Below, piece by piece: positions 21,337 to 31,300 of a stretch of DNA of 64,000 nt (the first letter of the stretch is position 1; each line of letters begins with the position of its first letter). The translations under genes and the position numbers were made by a program. The stretch lies in assembly GCA_000092065.1 (NCBI GenBank), contig CP000582.1; one strand, written 5' to 3'. Under the pieces are notes generated by a model that was not told where the DNA came from, made no database searches, and was given only the letters and a program-made list of their open reading frames with translations. This stretch comes from Ostreococcus lucimarinus. Taxonomy: Eukaryota.

Positions 21337-21539
21337 CGCGACGCCGCGCGCGGAGGTGTGCGGCGGCGCGCGAGCCCGAGACGGCGACCGGGACGCGGCG
21401 ACCGGGACGAGCGCGATACTCAATGGTGCGTTGATATTACTGCGGCGCTGAGGCGAGATAGTGACGACGGCGAAAACGTCGCGGAACGCAACGCGCGTCG
21501 AACGCCGCACGATGGCGTCTTTCGCGGCGACTTCGAAAA

Positions 21540-22223
21540 TTAAACTTTTTGCAACTCGGTCTCCTTCGCCTTGGTGAGCTCGTCCACCTTCTTCACGTAC
21601 GACGCCGTCAAATCCTCCATGCTCTTCTTCAACTTTGCGATCTCGTCCTCACCGAACGACCCCGCCTTTTCCAACTTTTCGTACGCCTTCATCGCGTCCC
21701 GTCGCACGTTGCGCAGCGCAACCTTTCCATCCTCGCCGAGTTTACTCACGAGCTTCGCGAGTTCCTTTCTCCGCTCCGCCGTCAACGGCGGCACGTTCAA
21801 TCGAATGATGTTCCCATCGTTCGACGGGTTCATCCCGAGATCAGATTCATTAATCGCGCGTTCGATATCCTTAATCGCGCTCTTATCGAACGGTTGAATG
21901 GTGATGGTCTGCGCGTCCGGCGTCGACGCGTTCGCGATCGTCTTCAGCGGCGTCGGCGCTCCGTAGTAATCCACCTCGATTCGGTCCAACACCGCCGCGT
22001 TCGCCCGTCCCGTGCGCACGGTGCTGAAATCGTTCGCGATGGCGTCCATGGTTTTTTCCATGCGCTCCATGGCGTCCAGCTCGATCTCTTCCGGGTCGAC
22101 GTCTTCGGGTTCGTCGGCTTTGCCCTTGGCGCGCGCGATGACGGCGCGCGTTCGACGCGCCGCGCGCTTCGCGGCGCCGAGCGCGACGCGCGCGACGGCG
22201 GGTGATGCGAGTGACGCGCTCAT
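21540..22223 (-). CDS. RRF: Ribosome recycling factor, organellar (transit-peptide-bearing)
   Basis: VDYYGAPTPLKTIANASTPDAQTITIQPFDKSAIKDIERAINESDLGMNPSNDGNIIRLNVPPLTAERRKELAK is collinear with bacterial Frr. ATG 22223 (MSASLASPAVARV) gives a 35-aa A/R-rich presequence. An alternative upstream in-frame ATG at 22346 lies within a 28-bp direct duplication. Confidence 0.8.
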   Translation of the reverse strand: MSASLASPAVARVALGAAKRAARRTRAVIARAKGKADEPEDVDPEEIELDAMERMEKTMDAIANDFSTVRTGRANAAVLDRIEVDYYGAPTPLKTIANASTPDAQTITIQPFDKSAIKDIERAINESDLGMNPSNDGNIIRLNVPPLTAERRKELAKLVSKLGEDGKVALRNVRRDAMKAYEKLEKAGSFGEDEIAKLKKSMEDLTASYVKKVDELTKAKETELQKV

Positions 22224-22378
22224 GGCGCGCGCGTGAGGTCTCGCGCGCGTCGCGTCGCGGTGTGCGGCGTCGACGTCGACCCGAGGGTTCCGAAAGTCGC
22301 GACGCGCGCGTTCGACACATCGCGTCGCGTCGCGCGTTCGACACATCGCGCGCGCGCGCGACCGAGACGCGTGCGATC

Positions 22379-23098
22379 ATGCCCTGCGCGCGCGCCGTCG
22401 CGCTCGCGCCCGCGCGCGCGCCGTGCGCGACGAAACCTCGAGCGAACCGTCGACGCGCGAAACCTCTCGCGCGCGCGAACGAAGGCGACGGCCTGCGCGA
22501 GGCGCTGAGCGCGGCGCAACAGGCGCCCGATAACGTCACCGAGCGCGACTTTTCGAATTACTACAAAGTTCTGAACTCGCAATCGCCCGAAGAGGCGCAG
22601 GAGGTGGTGGACGCGATGAGCGCGAGCGGCGAACTCACCGAGGGCGTCGTCGAGGCGGCGCTCGCGACGATGCAAACCGCGGAATCCAAGGGTGAACGAC
22701 CGGAGATCGTGCAAGCGCTGAAGGGTGTCTTTGAATATTTGCTGGAGAGTTATCAGCGCGCGAACGCGCCGGCGGAGTTGAGTGTGATCGACGCGGTGGT
22801 GGCGAAGTTGAACGCGCTCGAGGAATCGGACGACGACGCGAAGGCGGAGGAGAACGTCGTGCTCGAGTGCGTGCGAGAGGCGAACATGGACGTGAAAGCG
22901 TTCGAGCAGTCGCTGGATGGGTTTTTGGTCGCGATGGAGGAGCAAGACGCGCAGTTTGACGCGCAGGTAAGAGAGATGCGCGAGAAAGGCGTGGCGCCGG
23001 AGCAAGCCGAGCAAATCGAGCAGCTCGTGTACATGCGCGCCAACGCCAAGGCGCAGATGCTTTGCATTCGAGACATCACGCAAAGAATCAGCGCGTGA
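22379..23098 (+). CDS. Hypothetical acidic helical protein with presequence-like N-terminus
   Basis: First ATG 22379 (MPCARAVALAPARAP); protein-like composition; no motif recognised. Divergent from RRF. Confidence 0.4.
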   Translation: MPCARAVALAPARAPCATKPRANRRRAKPLARANEGDGLREALSAAQQAPDNVTERDFSNYYKVLNSQSPEEAQEVVDAMSASGELTEGVVEAALATMQTAESKGERPEIVQALKGVFEYLLESYQRANAPAELSVIDAVVAKLNALEESDDDAKAEENVVLECVREANMDVKAFEQSLDGFLVAMEEQDAQFDAQVREMREKGVAPEQAEQIEQLVYMRANAKAQMLCIRDITQRISA

Positions 23099-23252
23099 GT
23101 GCGCGTCGCGCCGGTGCGTCTATGTGACGCGTGGGCGATCGAATCGGCTTCTGTATCGGTACCCGCCGTCGTTTTGTTGTTAATAAATAGCGTCGCGAGT
23201 TGTCGTCGTCCCGAGAACGCCGCGCGCGCGCCGCACACCTCGACGCCTCGGC

Positions 23253-24365
23253 ATGGGAACCAGCGCGTCGAGAACCGCATCGAAAACCGCATCCATGTCC
23301 ACCACCGCGCACGCGTCCTCGTGCATGACTCCGGGCGCCTCGCGCGCGCCCGAATCCCACTTCCAAATGTTCGCGCACGACGACGAGTTGGCCGAGCGAG
23401 CCTGCGCCGCGGGCGTCGTGCGAAGCGTGTGCGCGGTGACGCTCGACGAGGCCAACGATTGGCGCGCGCGGTGCGAAGCGGCTTCGTTGACACCGAAACG
23501 AGACGATCGAGCGACGAGCGAGACGGCGCCGAGGCGCGCGCGAGGAAATCGCCGCCGAGGGCGACGTCACGAGCGTCAGATCGACGCGGCGCGCGAGCCG
23601 ACGACGGACGCGCGGGATAACGCGGATAAGCGCATGCTGCAAGACATCCTGCAAGACATTGAGGTCGTGGACACCGAAACGCTGAAGAGATCGATAGAGA
23701 CCGATCGGTTGGCGAGCGCGTTTCGCGGCGTCGTGGACGCGCGGGTGAAGACGATGATGGACTTCGTCGTCGCGTGGTGCGACGAAGCGCGCGATTTGGA
23801 ACGCGAGTGTCAAGAGACGTACGAAAAGACGTTGGAATCGACGATGCGCGAACACGAGCGCGCGTACGCACACCACGAGGACGCCACGCGGCGGTTTGAC
23901 AAGCTCGCGCAGGTGAAAGACGCGTCATTGGAGACGCGAAAGGAATTGGACGCGACGTCGACTGAAATCGCTGGCTTGGTCGCGACGCTAGAGCGCCTGG
24001 AGCAGATGATCAAGACGAAGAGCGAATCCTTCACGTCGTACTTCAACTCGCAGATTACGTTTTTGATTCGGAAGTTTGCTGACGGCGCGATCGACGGCAT
24101 GCGCGAGAGCGAAGTCGCGATCGCGGGGTCCGTGGGATCCGGCTCGATCGAGGCTTTGAAGCGAGACTTGCGCGAGTCGCCGCCTAAGAGCAAAATCGAG
24201 CTCGAATCCCCGCCGACGCCGCCGAAGCTGATGATCAAGCGTCGAAGCGCGAGTCCGACCCCGCGAAAACCACTACCGGTGGACGAAGGCGAGCTCGAGG
24301 AGGGAGAGATCGCACCGATCGAAAAAGGAGAGACGTCGGCGAGCGCTACGGCCGCCGCCGCGTGA
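23253..24365 (+). CDS. Hypothetical coiled-coil protein with N-myristoylation-type start (MGTSAS)
   Basis: ATG 23253; MGxxxS start; long heptad-like helical region (LERLEQMIKTKSESFTSYFNSQ); C-terminal P/S/E-rich tail. Confidence 0.45.
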   Translation: MGTSASRTASKTASMSTTAHASSCMTPGASRAPESHFQMFAHDDELAERACAAGVVRSVCAVTLDEANDWRARCEAASLTPKRDDRATSETAPRRARGNRRRGRRHERQIDAAREPTTDARDNADKRMLQDILQDIEVVDTETLKRSIETDRLASAFRGVVDARVKTMMDFVVAWCDEARDLERECQETYEKTLESTMREHERAYAHHEDATRRFDKLAQVKDASLETRKELDATSTEIAGLVATLERLEQMIKTKSESFTSYFNSQITFLIRKFADGAIDGMRESEVAIAGSVGSGSIEALKRDLRESPPKSKIELESPPTPPKLMIKRRSASPTPRKPLPVDEGELEEGEIAPIEKGETSASATAAAA

Positions 24366-24388
24366 TTCTCGGCGAGGTTCTCTACGTA

Positions 24389-24508
24389 CGATTTCCTCAC
24401 TACAACATCGCTTTTTTTTCTTCGCTACTGTCCTACTGTACTGTACAACGATTTCCTCACTACAACATCGCTTTTTTTTCTTCGCTACTGTCCTACTGTA
24501 CTGTACAA
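24389..24508. repeat. Perfect 60-bp tandem duplication in the convergent intergenic region
   Basis: gatttcctcactacaacatcgcttttttttcttcgctactgtcctactgtactgtacaac x2; AT-rich relative to the flanks. Confidence 0.9.
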
Positions 24509-24551
24509 CTTTGTCGTGCTACACGAAACATACTCCGATCGGTTGTTCGTA

Positions 24552-26948
24552 TCATCTAAATCTACGCACGAGCGCTAAACTCAACGCGCGCGCGCAAAAC
24601 GTTTCGGCGTCGACGGGCGAATCCTCGGCGAGCGCTTGCTCGAACAATGGTGCGCTCGGCGACGACATGTTCGGTACGGTGTCGACATCGATCACGATCA
24701 TCTCACCGTTGTCTAAATTTGCAAACGCATTGACTTTCGCGTACCCTTCGACTTGTAACGCGTCGCCCACGCGTCGAGCGCGTTCGCGCACGAGCCCGAC
24801 GACGCGTTCGGACAAGACTAATTTCGATTTGTCGATCGCCGATCGACCGTCGCGCGCGCGCACGCTCGGCGTGAACGCGTGTAATTTCCCGGGTTTGTCT
24901 CCGAAGACGACGATCTCGATCTCGATCCATCGTTTCGATCCGTCGTCTGGGTCGAGGACGATTTCGCCGTCGCCGCGAATGGAAACCTCCGCGGCGTCGA
25001 AGAATGGCTCGAACACGTACCCGCGCGCGGCGAGATTCGTGCCCTCGGGAAATTGCCCGCTCGCCATCGCCGCCGCGATGGACTCCGCGTACGCGAGCAT
25101 GTCGTTGTCGTTCATCAATCGCCGCACGCCACCGAAGGACGACTTGGTCACCGGTTTCACGATTACGCCGCGCGCCGTCGCGCTCGCGCCGCCGAGCGAC
25201 CCGACGACGTCCAACCAAAGACGCTTGGCCGATTCCGCGCGCGCGCGACCGCCCCACCCGCTCTCTTCCGTCGCCTTACTCACTAACGTCGCCGTCGGGA
25301 CGAATCGCTTATTCAAACACCCCACCCCTACGTCTCGCATGTTCCCCAACGCCTTGCTCGTCGCCGCCTTGTCCGCGCACACGCGACTAGCGAGCGGACC
25401 GCATCCGGTGTACGCCGCGCCCGAGGACACGCACAGTTGTTGTAAACTCCCATCGGGTTCACCCACGACGCCGGCGTTGAACACGATGGCGCCCTCGGAG
25501 GCGGCGAGCGAGAGCAACGCGCCCAAACGCGAGACGCGCGGCGTCGCGTCGAACGCGAGCGCCGCGTCGTCGCGCGGCGGCGAAATCCATAAATACTTTT
25601 CTAATTCCGCGCGCACGCGCCGAGCGGTGGCGAAGCGCCCGAGGTCAGGCATGCGCGGCGGAACGTCCGCGGACGACCACTGCGCGGGATTCACCGCGAA
25701 CGCGTACGGTAGCCGCCACGCCGGGGCGTCGACGAGCCCGTTTGAGTTCGCCGCGGGCGGCATCAAGAGCACGGGCGTGACGTCAATCGTCGGGATGTTT
25801 CGAAGCGTCAAGTATAAGTTACGCCCGGCGTAGCACGAACTCAGGCGATCGCCGCCCGACGCGGCGCCGCCGAAGAGAACGTACACGCGCATCGACGCCG
25901 AACTCGTCGAAGCGGGCGCGGGCGCGGGCGCGGCGACGATTTTCCTCGTCGACGCCTCGCGGCTCGTCGCGTTCTTCACCAAGTGTTCGATCACGGACTC
26001 CATGGACAGACCCACGGCCGCGGCGTGCACGAACATCTTCGACCACGCCCTCGCGGTTCCCGAGACCGGCGAATCGGAAAGCTCGACGCGCACGAAGGAG
26101 GTCGCCGGCGCCGAGGTCGAAGTCGCCGCCTCGTCTTCGTCTTCGTCTTCGTCTTCGTCGGCGTCGTCTTCATCTTCCTCGACGCCGTCGTACGCCACCG
26201 CGCCTTCATCACTCGCCGCGCAACTCACCAACCGCCCGCCTCGAACGTCGAAATCGCGCGACCCCGCGGCGTCCGCGAACGCGGCTTCCGCGCGCGCGCG
26301 AATCGCCGCCGCCACGAGACGCGGGTACCGCGTCGTCGATTCCACGTCCAACGCCACGCACGGCCGCTTCCGCGACCGCGTCGTCGACAGCGTCGTGACG
26401 TAAAAATCAAACCCCGCCGCGCCCTCGTCGCCGTCGCCGTCGTCGAAATCGCGCGAAGTCGCCCTCGCCGCCGCCCGCGCGCGTCCCGCGCGCGCGTCCC
26501 CCGTCGTCGCCAGCGCGCAATCCGCCCACGCCCCGTCGTCGCCGCGCGCGACGACGACCGCCTCGCACCGCGCCCCGACGCGCGCGTTCACGCACGCCGC
26601 CATCGTCGTCGCGTGCGCGAGCGCGTCCGTCCCCGCGCGCGAATCGCCGTCGCTCGGAAACACCGCGATCGTTTTCCGCCCGTCCGACGTCGTCGCCGCG
26701 CACCGCGCGCGTCGTCGCGCGAACGCGCGCGGTGCGCGCGAATCGCCGTCGCTCGGAAACACCGCGATCGTTTTCCGCCCGTCCGACGTCGTCGCCGCGC
26801 ACCGCGCGCGTCGTCGCGCGCCGCGCGTTCGTCCGCTTTGGTGCGGCGCCCGCGCCGGCGCGCGCGCGAGCCGCATCGACGCGCGCGACGCGATGTGCGT
26901 CGTCGTCGAAAAAGTGCACTTTTTCGCCCGTCCCGAATGGATTCGCAT
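24552..26948 (-). CDS. DDL: D-alanine--D-alanine ligase-like ATP-grasp enzyme with long low-complexity N-terminal region
   Basis: C-terminal 380 aa collinear with Ddl: MRVYVLFGGAAS (Ddl N-terminus), GEPDGSLQQLCVSSGAAYTGCGPLASRVCADKAATSKAL (cf. GEDGTLQGMLEL...GSGVLASALSMDK), ATP-grasp core. ATG at 26948. The N-terminal 400 aa is acidic/low complexity (poly-DE) and includes a 99-bp tandem duplication; the true N-terminus or upstream introns are unresolved. Confidence 0.6.
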   Translation of the reverse strand: MRIHSGRAKKCTFSTTTHIASRASMRLARAPARAPHQSGRTRGARRRARCAATTSDGRKTIAVFPSDGDSRAPRAFARRRARCAATTSDGRKTIAVFPSDGDSRAGTDALAHATTMAACVNARVGARCEAVVVARGDDGAWADCALATTGDARAGRARAAARATSRDFDDGDGDEGAAGFDFYVTTLSTTRSRKRPCVALDVESTTRYPRLVAAAIRARAEAAFADAAGSRDFDVRGGRLVSCAASDEGAVAYDGVEEDEDDADEDEDEDEDEAATSTSAPATSFVRVELSDSPVSGTARAWSKMFVHAAAVGLSMESVIEHLVKNATSREASTRKIVAAPAPAPASTSSASMRVYVLFGGAASGGDRLSSCYAGRNLYLTLRNIPTIDVTPVLLMPPAANSNGLVDAPAWRLPYAFAVNPAQWSSADVPPRMPDLGRFATARRVRAELEKYLWISPPRDDAALAFDATPRVSRLGALLSLAASEGAIVFNAGVVGEPDGSLQQLCVSSGAAYTGCGPLASRVCADKAATSKALGNMRDVGVGCLNKRFVPTATLVSKATEESGWGGRARAESAKRLWLDVVGSLGGASATARGVIVKPVTKSSFGGVRRLMNDNDMLAYAESIAAAMASGQFPEGTNLAARGYVFEPFFDAAEVSIRGDGEIVLDPDDGSKRWIEIEIVVFGDKPGKLHAFTPSVRARDGRSAIDKSKLVLSERVVGLVRERARRVGDALQVEGYAKVNAFANLDNGEMIVIDVDTVPNMSSPSAPLFEQALAEDSPVDAETFCARALSLALVRRFR
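26641..26838. repeat. 99-bp tandem duplication (2 copies) inside the Ddl N-terminal coding region, in frame (33 aa)
   Basis: gaatcgccgtcgctcggaaacaccgcgatcgttttccgcccgtccgacgtcgtcgccgcgcaccgcgcgcgtcgtcgcgc repeated at 26641 and 26740. Confidence 0.85.
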
Positions 26949-27984
26949 TCACAGACGCGCGCGCAGTCGAGATTCCGGATTCGGCGCGCGCGCGAACGAA
27001 CGCGACGGAGGCGTGCGGCGTGAGCGTGAGCGTGAGCGGGACCGTGAGCGTGAGCGGGACGTGATGAATGAAGGGCGCGTGTGGTGCGCCTGCAGAAATT
27101 CGTGACGACGCGTGCGCGACCGTCACGGGGTATGGAATTTAGTTTTCAACCAGCAATATTCCAAGCTCAGTTAAGACTTCACAGCTTTGGATATAACCCC
27201 ATGCGCAAAGATGCGACGCGGGACGCGCGGGACGCGCGGGTGATGGGACGCGTGGACGCGATGGCGATTTCGAGGTTATGGGTCAGGGCGTGCGATGGGC
27301 GTCGCCGCGCGCGGCGCGCGGTCGCGCGCGACGAAAGACGCGTCGGTCGGCGCGAGACGACGACGACGTCGTGCGTCGCGCGTCGTCGTCGTCGTCGTCT
27401 CGCGTCGTCGTCGTCGTCGTCGCGCGCGTCGTCGTCGCGGGAAAACGCGGCGACCGACCGAACGACACACTCGCGCGCGGCGCCGACGCGCGCGACGAAG
27501 GTGGTGATTTTTTACCACGGGTAGAATAAATTGGTTGAATCTCCTTGAATGGAATATAAAAAGGGTTGTATGTGGTAAAAGGCAACAGACAAGCACCTCG
27601 TTCTTATACTCCGGAGCGTTCGAGGGACGACGCCGCGCGCGGCGATCGGGTGCGCGCGCGACGGGGCCGGGGCGATTTCGAGGTTACGGGCGCGAAACAC
27701 GGCGCGCGCGACGGCGCGCCTCTCGTGCGCCGACCGATGCGTCGCGCGCGCGCGAACGGTCGCGCGCGGTGCGTCGACGCGCGACGCGCGCGCGACGCGA
27801 CGCGCGCGCGCGATACCGTCGAGCGCGCGTCGATGGATCGCGCGCGCCGTCGACGTCGACGCGCGCGCGCGTCGACGACGCGCGCGCGGCGCGTCGGCGT
27901 CGGCGTCGGCGCGACCCGTAACCCGCAAACGCGCGCGGCGACGTCGCGAATGCGTCTGGGGGGGGCGCGCGCGACTTCGCGCGC

Positions 27985-28150
27985 ATACTTACCTGCGCCG
28001 AACTCTATCTGATCATGAAGGGGTAGAGTTGCGCGAATCCGTGGCGCCTTGCACTTCGCGCACACGTATTCGCGTCGTTCGTCGCCTAACGGGGCGAACG
28101 GGGCGACAATTTATTCCAGGGTGAGACCGGCGTTCGCGCTACTCGCCATC
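27985..28150 (+). ncRNA. U1: U1 spliceosomal snRNA gene, about 166 nt
   Basis: 5' end ATACTTACCTG (11/11 match to the U1 5'-splice-site-recognition sequence). Stem-loop I CCGAACTCTATC-TGATCATGAAGG-GGTAGAGTTG with the U1-70K-type loop GAUCAUGAAGG. Stem-loop II loop CTTGCAC (U1A site AUUGCAC). Sm-like AATTTATTCC. 3'-terminal hairpin GGTGAG-ACCGGCGTTCGCGCTA-CTCGCC containing the conserved GCGUUCGCGC loop. Boundaries are plus or minus a few nt. Confidence 0.65.
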
Positions 28151-28229
28151 GCGAACGTCGTCGGCGCCGCGCGCGAGTGTGATTGTACGGGCGTGTGCGT
28201 GATTACAGATGATTACAGACGCGTCGCGC

Positions 28230-28303
28230 CTATCGTCGAGGCGCCGGGATTCTCGCGCCGCCGCGCGCGCGACCGCCGCGCGCGCGACCGCCGCGACCTC
28301 CAT

Positions 28304-28335
<32 letters not shown>

Positions 28336-31300
28336 AAGCCTGCGAAACTGCGAGCGAAACTCGAGGACTCGATGAACGCGGCGTCGGCGTCGCTCAGCAC
28401 GCGCGCGATGGCGTCCACGGCGCCTCGCATATCCGCCGGTAGCGCGTCTTTCGGTCGCTCGACGCGCATGGCGAACGCTTTGTGCAAACGTAAGCGCAAT
28501 ACCGTGATCTGCGCCACCGCGCGCAAGGGCACGCGAAATCTCAACCAATTGTCCACGACCAACAACGCCGACGGCGGACCGTCTCTCGCGCGCGCCTCGC
28601 CGGTTTCGGGATCGATTTGCGGCACGTCTGGTTTCACCGTGAGCGTGGAGCACACGAACACGATCGCCGCGGCGGCGACCAACGTGCACTCGCGCACTTG
28701 CACCGCGTGAGGGCCTCGAATGAGTTCGTCGAAGCACGCCAAGGTGGCAATTTTTTCACCCGATTCGTTGAGCTCGCCGAGCGCGCTCACGTCGAGTTTG
28801 CCGTTGACGCTAAACGCGTGCACGCGCACGCGCTCGCCGCGAAGCGTTGCCAACGTCGGCGCTTTGCACTTTGGTAAAAATCGTCCCACCAAAGGGTACA
28901 TGCCCACGGCGAGCACCGCGCGCACAAGCGCGCCGGATGACGAGTTTGCGCTCGCGCTTCGCAAATCTGAAATGATGCCGCGCTGAATCAACGCCGTGAT
29001 TAATTGCTGTCGCATGCCCTTGATCATGTGCAGCGTCGACGGCGACAAAGAATTCGCGTTCAAAAAGTACCTTTCATTTTGACGCCCATCGCGCTGAACT
29101 TGCTCCCACGCCATGTACGCCTTGGTCACCGCCAAGTGATCGCTCCCGCCGCCGGCTTCGTTGGAAAACGCCGCGCGACTGGCGTCGCCCGATTTTCGAC
29201 CGTCGGCGGAGATGATGAAGGGCGGACGATACGCCGCAGCGCACGCGACGGTGAGAATCGGATCGAGAACGCCAAACAGAGCGGCGTACAAGATCATCTT
29301 CCCCACGCGCGGGTGCAACGGAAGCTCGCCGAGATGGCGGCCGAGTCGCGTGAGGCGCTCCTCCTCCGTCAAAGCGCCGATGTCCTTGAGCAATTGCACC
29401 GCATTGTCCGTCGCTTGCGCCACAGGGGGCTCGACCGCGCGCGCGAGAAACCCAGCCGTGCTTCCCGGCCCATCGTCCACGACGCCCGCGCCGCTTTCGG
29501 CCAACACGCGCACCTGCAAGCACAGCTCCTCGAGCGGCGACCGCTGCATCTCGGGCAACTGGTACTGCGCGAACGAGTCGTACCGTGAGGTGGAGTACAC
29601 GCGATAGCACTCGCCGGGACGCACGCGACCGGCGCGACCGCGTCGCTGTTTCGCACTCGCTTGCGAGATCCAAGCCGCCTGGAGCGTAGAGACCGCAGAG
29701 TACGCGTCGTAACTCTTTTCCTTCAACCGCCCGCTGTCGATGACGAAGACGACGTCGTCAATCGTCACCGCCGTCTCCGCGATGTTGGTGGAGAGGACGA
29801 TTTTGCGCAACCCTTTAGGTGGACGTTGGAAGACTTTTCGTTGATCCGCCGGGGCGACCATGGAGTGCAAAGGTAGGACGCTCGCCGAGTGACAGACGTT
29901 GTAATCCGCCGTCAACGAGTCGCGAAGTTTGGAGATTTCGTCCCAGCCGGGCAAAAAGACTAAAATCGCGCCCTCGGATCCTTCGTCGATCGCGCGCTCT
30001 TTCATGATCCAAACGATCAAATTGTGGATTAAGTCCACGTCCACCTCGTCTGGATCCACGGAGAGCTGGTAATCGCTCAATAGAAGCGCCGACTGCTCGT
30101 GACTTCCCGCGTCTTCGTTTTCGTCGTCCACGCTTCGCAACGCGTCCGCGAGCTCGACGTGTCCAAACTTATCCGCCCAATCCGCGGCGTTGCTCCCGTC
30201 GGTGCTTCGCATCGCGGGCGACGCTCCTAAACCTAAAAGCTGCGACACTTCCATCTGTCTTCCCTTACCCGCCGCCGCCATGAGCGCGGTGGCGCCCGTG
30301 GAGTGCGCGACGTTTACGTGCGACAACCCGCTCGCAGAATCTGTCTCGCGCGCGCACTGCATGAGCCAATCGAACGACTCGTCGGTGTCCTCTAAAAATG
30401 CTCGCATGATTGCCTCGCGCATGACGTCCACGCTCGCGCCCGAAGTGGGTGCGCGCACTCTCGGTTCGCCGCCGCCGCCTCCGCTCGCCTTCTTCGACGT
30501 GTGATGCACGCCGCCCCATCCGATCATGGGCAAGATATCTTCCAGGTGATACTCATTCACCGGATGCGTATAACCTGGCACTGAAATCACCGGACACCCA
30601 CCAAAGTATTCGCTAAACAAATCTTCGCGCATCGTCGCCGACATCAGCACGAGCTTTAGGTGCGGATGCTTCGGAATCACGCCCTTCAAAATGATGGTTA
30701 GGAAATCCGCAAACAAATCTCGCTCGTGCAGCTCGTCGATGATGATATGCGTCAATGACTCGCACAGCTTATCCGACGCCTCGCTCGTGAGTCGTCGCAA
30801 CAGCACGCCGGACGTGCAAAACAACAACGAACAATCCGCCGAGACCCGGCTTTCCAATCGAATCTGGTAACCGACCGTGCTCTGCCCGATGCTCTCCCCG
30901 CGCTCGTTCGCGATGCGCTCGGAAACCGTCATCGCGCTAATCCTTCGCGGTTGCGTGCACACGATCGACGCCCCGCGCCCGTTCGCCCACGCATCGTCCA
31001 AGACGTACTGCGGCACCTGCGTCGTCTTCCCGCAACCCGTCGACCCGGCGACGAGCACGACTTGATTCGCCCGTACCGCGTTCAATATCGCATCCTTAAA
31101 CTCCCGCACCGGTAACTGTTCGCGTTTCGTCTGTATCGCCGCCAACGACGCATCGCTCGCGATCTTCGCCCGCAAGCGCGCCGCTCGCGCGTTCGTCGCC
31201 TCTTCGCCCTCGCGTCGACCTCGCATCTCCAACGCCGAGTTCCCATACCCTCGCTTCTTCCCCTTCCCTCCCGCGTCCGCCACCGCCGTTTCCCACGCCG

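Noticed and set aside
26407-27984. Multiple 100-350-aa ORFs on both strands between Ddl and the helicase
   Set aside because: Poly-R/A/D translations of GC-rich intergenic DNA; the only structured element found there is the U1 snRNA gene and its flanking motifs.
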